Source of the DNA: Leptolinea sp. UBA5203
Lineage (GTDB): Bacteria; Chloroflexota; Anaerolineae; Anaerolineales; Anaerolineaceae
Direction: 5' to 3'
Assembly: GCA_002412765.1 (NCBI GenBank)
Contig: DHVR01000002.1
Span: 73,191 to 137,190, forward strand
DNA length: 64,000 nucleotides
Part shown: one piece after another, positions 58,011-64,000 of the stretch
How the letters are laid out: every line of letters begins with the position of its first letter
Numbering within the stretch: position 1 is the first letter of the stretch
Position numbers and translations under genes: made by a program
The notes under the pieces: generated by a model
The model's database searches: none
What the model saw: the letters and a program-made list of their open reading frames with translations, nothing else
What the model was told of the DNA's origin: nothing

Positions 58011-58967
58011 TTATCCTTCGTTAGGATTAGACGGCATGGATTGAGGGATTTCTTGATGGACAATATAAGCCGGACGTTTCATGGAAGCATCAAAAATTCT
58101 GGCCAGATACTCGCCAAAAATACCTAGCGCAAATAATTGAGCCCCGCTGAAGATGGAGACGATGGAGGATAAAAATGGGAAACCCGGAATACTGCCGACG
58201 GTCCAGTAGATGATAAATACATAGATAAAAATGAAAATGCCGACCAGGGTCAGGAAGAAACCGAGCCAACTGGCAAAACGTAAAGGAATGGTACTGAATC
58301 CTGTAAGGATTAAAAAGGCCTGAGATGCTAATTTCATAAAATTGTAATTCGATTGGCCAATAGTACGCGGTTCCTCGTGCACGGGAATGGAAGCGAAACG
58401 AGTTGTGCCCCAGGAAAGCAGGGCATCAATGATCACACCAGGGTTGTTGTAGTTTTCAAAAGCATCACGGATATTGGTGCGAAGGCCACGAAAAGCAGAA
58501 AGCTCTCTGACGGTCTTGATCCCCATCACCGTTGCGAGCAGTTTTTTGGTTAAGCGGGAGGAGATATTACGCCAGAGTGAATGAGGCATCTTATCAGGAC
58601 ACCCATAAACGACGTCAAAACCTTCCTGCAACTTGGCAATTAGCTTTGGAATTTCACGTGGAGGATGCTGTAAATCGTCATCCATGGTGATGATCGCATC
58701 CATTTTTGCTGCCCGGATACCACACAACAACGCATTGTGCTGTCCGTAATTTCGCATCATATTGATACCGCGTATCGTTGTGTTACGGGCTGATAGTTCT
58801 TGGATGACATTCCAGGAATCATCCGGACTTCCATCGTTGATCAGTAGAATTTCAAAATCATTCACGACGGCTGGCAATACTTCCATTAATTGATTCACTA
58901 GCAAAGGCAGAGTGTCTCTTCCGTTATAGACCGGTATGACCACGGTGATAGATTTTATAGGTTCCAT
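58011..58967 (-). CDS. family-2 glycosyltransferase, polyprenyl-phosphate sugar synthase type (ArnC/GtrB/DPM1-like)
   Basis: VVIPVYNG, LINDGSPDDS and MDDDLQHPP are present, with two C-terminal TM segments. Confidence 0.85.
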   Translation of the reverse strand: MEPIKSITVVIPVYNGRDTLPLLVNQLMEVLPAVVNDFEILLINDGSPDDSWNVIQELSARNTTIRGINMMRNYGQHNALLCGIRAAKMDAIITMDDDLQHPPREIPKLIAKLQEGFDVVYGCPDKMPHSLWRNISSRLTKKLLATVMGIKTVRELSAFRGLRTNIRDAFENYNNPGVIIDALLSWGTTRFASIPVHEEPRTIGQSNYNFMKLASQAFLILTGFSTIPLRFASWLGFFLTLVGIFIFIYVFIIYWTVGSIPGFPFLSSIVSIFSGAQLFALGIFGEYLARIFDASMKRPAYIVHQEIPQSMPSNPNEG

Positions 58968-59027
58968 GTGATTCCAGTTTTCTTAGTAGAATGATGCAAC
59001 ACGAAAATATTATAACATCGGATCAAT

Positions 59028-61061
59028 TTAGGGACAGTCTAAAAGATCCATTTCACTTTCAAGGATTGGATTTCCCGCATCGGGATCCGAGAATTCTAAT
59101 TGGTATCGGCTTAATTCTTTGCAAAGCCGTTTTTCCAATTGTTTATCCATGGTGTAGGCTTTTTGAATATACTTCACGGCTTTTTCCCAATCCCCAGTCG
59201 CAGCATAGGCTTCACTGAACGGCAAATATTCTGACCCCGCTTTGGCTTTGAGTTGTTGATCGGCGACTTGTTTTTCGATATCCAGGATGACAGCCCAATC
59301 TTTATATTGCCTGGCAAGGTCTGCTTTTTGGTAAAAATAACACCAGCCGTGAGCAGGCTCTTTCCCGAATATTGTCTCATCCATGCCTAATGGCGTTGCT
59401 GGATCTTCGGAACGAATGCGATAGGGATCAGACAGGTCAATGATATCATCCATTGATTCAGGAATTAGTGGATCATTATGGCTTTGTTCTGGATCCAGGA
59501 TTCGTAAACAAGCATCTGTCGTGTAAAAGAATCCGACGATTTGATCCGTGGTTCCGATAAATTCAGTACTACGGTAATTTTTTATGATCTGTGTGCCTGG
59601 ATTTAAATCCGGTAACGTGCTGCCCAGACGAATATCGGTAAACATCATCATGTACTTTAAGGGGTCATGGTCATTAGAGGTATCGTAAATCCAATTCAGG
59701 GGTGCGGTGAGGGAATTATCCGAAGAAAATGTTAAAGGAAAGGTTTCTGAAAGCAAAAGGGTATTCTCCTGCAAGTCAGGCACGCGCCAGGTTAGCTGCC
59801 AGAAAAACTGATTATGAATATTCCATTCTCGTCGAAAGACATTGGCATTGGTAAAATGAGCCCCGATTGAAAAACTGATCAGTAACGAAAGGCATGCCAG
59901 CTTTACTGTGTTGCTAAAAAATAATTTTTCAATAAGATACACCAGGAATAGAGAACTCCCAAACATCAGGGAAAGAAAAAATCTATCATAAGGGTAGGTT
60001 AGTTGAATGGGAAGATTCGTCGCCCAAAAAGGAAAGGCGCCAAAAAGTATCGCTGTGATGGCAAAGATTAAAATCTGATTTTCATATTTCACAAAAAGTG
60101 AATTTTGCTTCTTGTTAATCGTAGCTACTGGGAATGTGTTTTTAAGCAGGAGATAAGCTAATGGGATTAGGAGTAAGACAAGTGCCCAATAAAAGAATTG
60201 GGATGAACCTTTAATCATGGTTAAATTTGGAAATTGGAAGACTTCGGTCCATGACTGCCATATCGTAAGGTAGACATCCTGTACGATTCGGTTTAAAAAA
60301 ACAATGATGGGATGATATTCTCCACCCGAAAGTTTGCTCAGGGTAACGGGATGATAGGTTGGAAATTTAAAAATATAAACACGCCAGATAAAGAAGGTTA
60401 ATAGACCAACCCCGTAAGGAAGATACTCGCGAAACATGGTAAGGAACCAGATTTTGAATTTCCGAAAATCCAGCGAATATTTATTCCAGATGATCAAGAT
60501 GCGGAGGAATTCGAGGCCGGCATAATATTCAGTTGAAAAGATGGTGAATAATTGTAAAAATACACTGGCGATAACCAGGAAAACTTTCTTGCGCCCTCTG
60601 GTTTCCATGGCGAGGATCATCACGCCCAGGGATAAAAATAAAGAAGTTAAAAGGATGAACCCATTGGAATAAATGATGGCAATCGGCTGCTGTTTAAAGC
60701 CTGGGAAGATGGTAAATAAAATACTAACCCATAACATTTGTTTCTTTAAATCCGGCCAGATTTTTGTTAATGCCCAATAGACTGACAAGCCGCACAGCCA
60801 ACGGGATAATAACGCAAAAGCCTGCCAATAAATGGGTTTCATCGGCACGATACTGGTAGTAAACATATAGATGCCCATGAGGAATGGACGGTCGGAAGAC
60901 AATACTTCTTTGAAACCTGACGGGCCAAGAGTTTTTGCGAACCAAGCCATCGGCCAATCATCCCAGTAGAATCCCAGCCAGGGAATCAGGATACCATAGG
61001 CCAATAAGCTAAATAATAAAAGTAATAGAGCGGGGGAATGTTTTTTCAGGAAAGCTTTCAT
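59028..61061 (-). CDS. polytopic membrane protein (GT-C-like N-terminal domain) with a soluble TPR-like C-terminal domain
   Basis: TM1 is followed by GFYWDDWPMAWFAK, then ~11 TM segments. The C-terminal part contains AEAYAATGDWEKAVKYIQKAY, which looks TPR-like. Confidence 0.55.
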   Translation of the reverse strand: MKAFLKKHSPALLLLLFSLLAYGILIPWLGFYWDDWPMAWFAKTLGPSGFKEVLSSDRPFLMGIYMFTTSIVPMKPIYWQAFALLSRWLCGLSVYWALTKIWPDLKKQMLWVSILFTIFPGFKQQPIAIIYSNGFILLTSLFLSLGVMILAMETRGRKKVFLVIASVFLQLFTIFSTEYYAGLEFLRILIIWNKYSLDFRKFKIWFLTMFREYLPYGVGLLTFFIWRVYIFKFPTYHPVTLSKLSGGEYHPIIVFLNRIVQDVYLTIWQSWTEVFQFPNLTMIKGSSQFFYWALVLLLIPLAYLLLKNTFPVATINKKQNSLFVKYENQILIFAITAILFGAFPFWATNLPIQLTYPYDRFFLSLMFGSSLFLVYLIEKLFFSNTVKLACLSLLISFSIGAHFTNANVFRREWNIHNQFFWQLTWRVPDLQENTLLLSETFPLTFSSDNSLTAPLNWIYDTSNDHDPLKYMMMFTDIRLGSTLPDLNPGTQIIKNYRSTEFIGTTDQIVGFFYTTDACLRILDPEQSHNDPLIPESMDDIIDLSDPYRIRSEDPATPLGMDETIFGKEPAHGWCYFYQKADLARQYKDWAVILDIEKQVADQQLKAKAGSEYLPFSEAYAATGDWEKAVKYIQKAYTMDKQLEKRLCKELSRYQLEFSDPDAGNPILESEMDLLDCP

Positions 61062-61124
61062 GAATGAATTGCTGTGCTCCTATCTGACTGGTTAAACCTA
61101 AACCGATTTTACCACCAAAGGGGG

Positions 61125-61167
61125 TGATAAAAAAAAAGAAAAGCGGGTTCTTTGAGGGAACCCGCTT
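61125..61167 (-). terminator. rho-independent terminator after the ADP-forming acetyl-CoA synthetase gene
   Basis: On the minus strand the stem AAGCGGGTTC / GAACCCGCTT is followed by TTCTTTTTTTTTAT. Confidence 0.7.
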
Positions 61168-61188
61168 GATTTGAAAAAAGGGTATTGA

Positions 61189-63300
61189 CTAAATCTTTTT
61201 GAGGATGATACGAGCGTCAACAACTTTCAGACCGGTACCTTCTTCGTAGACAAGAACAGGATTGGCATCTGTTTCGCTGATTTCATTGCGCAGATCGTAT
61301 ACCATTTGAGAGTACAGGGAAAGGATTTCAGCCAATTTTTCCCGGTCTCTTGGAGATTCACCGCGGACACCAGCCAAAATGGGAGCGCCCTTGATTTCGT
61401 TCATCATCCGACGAGACTCACCAACGGAAATTGGAGCCACACGGAATGTAACGTCTTTGAGAACTTCCACAAAAATACCACCCAGACCGAACATGACGGT
61501 AGGGCCAAAGGTTGCATCGTTGACAGAGCCGATGATAACCTCCGTTCCCCAGGGTGCCATTTCCTGAATCAAAACACCATGAATACTTGCATCTGCTTTG
61601 TAAGCTTTTGCATTTTCGATGATGGTTTTGTAAGATTCGCGGATTCCGTCAGCATCTTTGATATTGACTTTGACACCGCCCGCATCGGATTTATGAAGAA
61701 TGTCAGGAGAGACGATTTTCATGACGATCGGGTAACCGATTTTGTTTGCAAATTGTACAGCTTCTTCTTCACTAGTAGCCAATTTATGATTGGTAACAGG
61801 CAGACCATACGCTTCAAAGATGGATTTTGCTTCGACTTCGGTTAAAACATCACGCCCATTGGCACGTGCAGCGTCAATGATCTGTTTGGCTTTTTTAGCG
61901 TCGATGTTTTTTGCGGGAACAATGGTTTCAGAGGAGTATTCTTTCATCTGGAACAATTGACGCAAAGCAGCCATCGCATTCATGGCTACATCAGGAGCGC
62001 CATAAGCAGGCACACCGTTTTCTGAAAGCCAGCGCATGGCAGTTTCAGAGCGTTCGCCACCGACATAAGATACAGTGACCGGTTTGTCTTTGATTCCAGA
62101 TTCCAGCAATGCCTTCTGGATGCCCTGGGCAATACCCATGGGATCAGAGGAAGCGGTTTCACAGAACAGAATGACTACACCATCCACCCAGGGGTGAATG
62201 ATGGAAGCTTTGAAAGAATCCACATACCAATCGGTGCTGGCCATGCCGGTGATATCTACCGGGTTTTTGGCTGAGCCAAAGGAGGGCATGTGTTTCTTTA
62301 ATTCAGTTTGAAGTTCTGGGGGTGCGAAGCGCAGGGGAATGCCGTACTTTTCAGCAGCATCCGTTGCCAAAACACCAACACCACCGCCATTTGTGATAAT
62401 TAATAAATTCTCTCCCTTCAAAGGTGGCTGGAGGGAGAGAGCAAGAGCACGATCAAATAAATTGTCCAGATCGGATGCTTCTACCACACCGGCCTGATGA
62501 AAGGCTGCGCCATAGACTTTCGCAGCACCGGCCAGGGATCCCGTGTGGGAAGCGGCAGCAGCGGCGCCATGTTCTGATGTTCCAGATTTGAGGGCAATGA
62601 TGGGTTTGGTAGCTTTTTTGCTGACATCCATGAATTTACGGCCGTCTTTCAAGCCTTCAACATAGAGGGAGATGCAGCTGGTGTTTTCATCGGTGTCAAG
62701 CCATTCAACAACATCGGCAAAACTGACATCCGACATATTTCCAATAGAGATCAGTTTATCAAATCCAATTCTACGGGTGTAGGTGGATGCATCCATGGCG
62801 ATTAATAAAGCACCACTCTGAGAAACCAGGGATGATTTACCAGGTAAGGGCAGGAATGGAGCAAAAGACGCGTTCAGTTTATCTGAATTGGAAAGCGTAC
62901 CCACAATGTTCGGGCCTAATACGCGCATGCCATACGAATGAGCAATAGCCACAATTTCTTCTTCCAGCGCTTTTTCACCAACTTCACTAAAACCTGATGA
63001 GATGATGATCAGGCCTTTGACACCTTTTTTACCACATTCTTCTGCTGCTTCTTTAACCATGCTGGCTGGCACAGTAATTACGGCTGCATCAATAGGGCCT
63101 GGCACATCATTAACTGAAGCATAAACCTTTAAGCCTAAAATTTCAGTTGCTTTAGGGTTGATGGGATAAATTTTTCCCTCATATTTGCTTTTGATGAGAT
63201 TATCAACAACGGTATGTCCAATTTTCCCCGCTTGAGACGATGCACCTACAACAGCAACCGATTTTGGTCGGAAGAGGCCGTTAAGATTATCACTATCCAC
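61189..63300 (-). CDS. acetate--CoA ligase (ADP-forming), fused alpha-beta type
   Basis: It has a CoA-binding N-terminus (SVAVVGASSQAGKIGH), succinyl-CoA-synthetase-like domains with GSLAGAA / HTGS, and a C-terminal ATP-grasp domain. Length is 703 aa. Confidence 0.9.
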   Translation of the reverse strand: MDSDNLNGLFRPKSVAVVGASSQAGKIGHTVVDNLIKSKYEGKIYPINPKATEILGLKVYASVNDVPGPIDAAVITVPASMVKEAAEECGKKGVKGLIIISSGFSEVGEKALEEEIVAIAHSYGMRVLGPNIVGTLSNSDKLNASFAPFLPLPGKSSLVSQSGALLIAMDASTYTRRIGFDKLISIGNMSDVSFADVVEWLDTDENTSCISLYVEGLKDGRKFMDVSKKATKPIIALKSGTSEHGAAAAASHTGSLAGAAKVYGAAFHQAGVVEASDLDNLFDRALALSLQPPLKGENLLIITNGGGVGVLATDAAEKYGIPLRFAPPELQTELKKHMPSFGSAKNPVDITGMASTDWYVDSFKASIIHPWVDGVVILFCETASSDPMGIAQGIQKALLESGIKDKPVTVSYVGGERSETAMRWLSENGVPAYGAPDVAMNAMAALRQLFQMKEYSSETIVPAKNIDAKKAKQIIDAARANGRDVLTEVEAKSIFEAYGLPVTNHKLATSEEEAVQFANKIGYPIVMKIVSPDILHKSDAGGVKVNIKDADGIRESYKTIIENAKAYKADASIHGVLIQEMAPWGTEVIIGSVNDATFGPTVMFGLGGIFVEVLKDVTFRVAPISVGESRRMMNEIKGAPILAGVRGESPRDREKLAEILSLYSQMVYDLRNEISETDANPVLVYEEGTGLKVVDARIILKKI

Positions 63301-63501
63301 TTGAATCCTCCAAAGAGTTATATATATTATTATGGTGAAATGAACTACTCACAATTAACAAGTATACCATCACATATGTTCTTAAAGAGAGTAAAAATGT
63401 ACTTGCTTTCTTGGACTTTGATCATATATTTTTGTTCTATTCAGGTGATAAATAGAAATATAAAGTAGAATTGTTTTATAAAAAGATGCAATGGGGTGAT
63501 T

Positions 63502-64000
63502 ATGGTGATGAAAAATGAGTTATGGAAAGATAAATTAATTCAAGCTGTGCTAAACGCTGCAGATCCCAAAAAAGCGATTCTAACTGCATTTCAGCCACTG
63601 AATCATAAAATTCCGGGGATCGATCAGCTAAGAGAATTGGGCTATCAAAGATTGCATCTGATCAGTATTGGCAAAGCAGCGATCCCGATGGCTGAAGGTC
63701 TCCTTAAGAAATTTGGTGAGAAAATCACAGGCGGGGTCATTGTCCCCAAAGCAAGTTATGAGATGGAAATTGAAACCTGGCAGCAGCGTTTTACAATTCT
63801 CCCCTCTGCTCATCCGGTACCCAATGAACGCAGCATAGCGGCAGGTAAGGCAATATTTTCTTATCTTTCCAACTTGACGCCCAATGATTTTGTTTTTTAC
63901 TTAATTTCTGGGGGGGGATCATCTCTGGTGACGGTACCCGAGCCCGGCATTAGCTTGAATGATATGCAAGCAGTAAATCAGCTTTTATTGGATAGCGGCG
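63502..64000 (+). CDS. glycerate 2-kinase / hydroxypyruvate reductase family (DUF4147-MOFRL), N-terminal part; 3' end outside the window
   Basis: I translated this myself; it is not in the ORF track because no stop is reached. It reads MVMKNELWKDKLIQAVLNAADPKKAIL...LISIGKAAIPMAEG...SAHPVPNERS...FYLISGGGSSLV. An in-frame TAG at 63466 bounds the ORF, so the start is ATG 63502 or 63508. Confidence 0.75.
   Translation, partial: MVMKNELWKDKLIQAVLNAADPKKAILTAFQPLNHKIPGIDQLRELGYQRLHLISIGKAAIPMAEGLLKKFGEKITGGVIVPKASYEMEIETWQQRFTILPSAHPVPNERSIAAGKAIFSYLSNLTPNDFVFYLISGGGSSLVTVPEPGISLNDMQAVNQLLLDSG

Noticed and set aside
63628-63813. A 61-aa minus-strand ORF.
   Set aside because: It is antisense to the open-ended plus-strand glycerate-kinase-family gene, whose translation carries clear family motifs.
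1-64000. A search for CRISPR arrays, rRNA genes, transposases/IS elements, toxin-antitoxin pairs and prophage genes.
   Set aside because: I saw no regularly spaced direct repeats, no rRNA-like sequence, and no transposase, integrase or phage structural motifs in any of the supplied translations.

Overview
64-kb chromosomal window from a moderately AT-rich bacterium. I call about 60 protein genes and one tRNA-Leu(GAG). I saw no rRNA, CRISPR array, transposase or integrase. All functional calls rest on motifs read by eye from the supplied translations; no database search was possible. The gene content (archaeal-type ADP-forming acetyl-CoA synthetase, PPi-type phosphofructokinase, many GT-C membrane glycosyltransferases, a GAAC-N4-GTTC LexA-type box) would fit a Chloroflexota/Anaerolineae-like organism, but that is only a guess.

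Most of the window is housekeeping: trxA, murA, pfk-fba, rsmD, scpB, rluB, plsX, polyprenyl synthase, tatD, a phosphohexomutase, mnmA, L25, glpK, rfbBA, rpiB, lgt and folB-folK.

Two themes stand out:

1. **Envelope glycosylation.** There are seven consecutive polytopic membrane proteins at 6.4-17.5 kb, six of them with GT-C-like acidic loop motifs (an eighth such protein sits at 59.0-61.1 kb). A seven-gene minus-strand operon at 53.2-61.1 kb resembles the Arn pathway (WecE-like aminotransferase, methyltransferase, WbqC, polyprenyl-phosphate GT2, GT-C/TPR protein) and also carries two divergent acetate-kinase-family paralogues.

2. **The best candidate for an undescribed system (47.7-51.4 kb, minus strand).** This is a GC-richer four-gene cassette. 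It encodes a small LuxR-type HTH regulator, a 178-aa RecA/SulA/ImuA-like protein with no P-loop, a translationally coupled 85-aa helical protein, and a 780-aa family-B DNA polymerase with substituted exonuclease and polymerase motifs. A consensus TTGACA-17-TATAAT promoter precedes it, and the spacer holds a perfect AGAACAAATGTTCT palindrome (a LexA/SOS box of the Gram-positive type). I read it as a possible PolB-based, SOS-inducible analogue of the ImuA-ImuB-DnaE2 mutasome.
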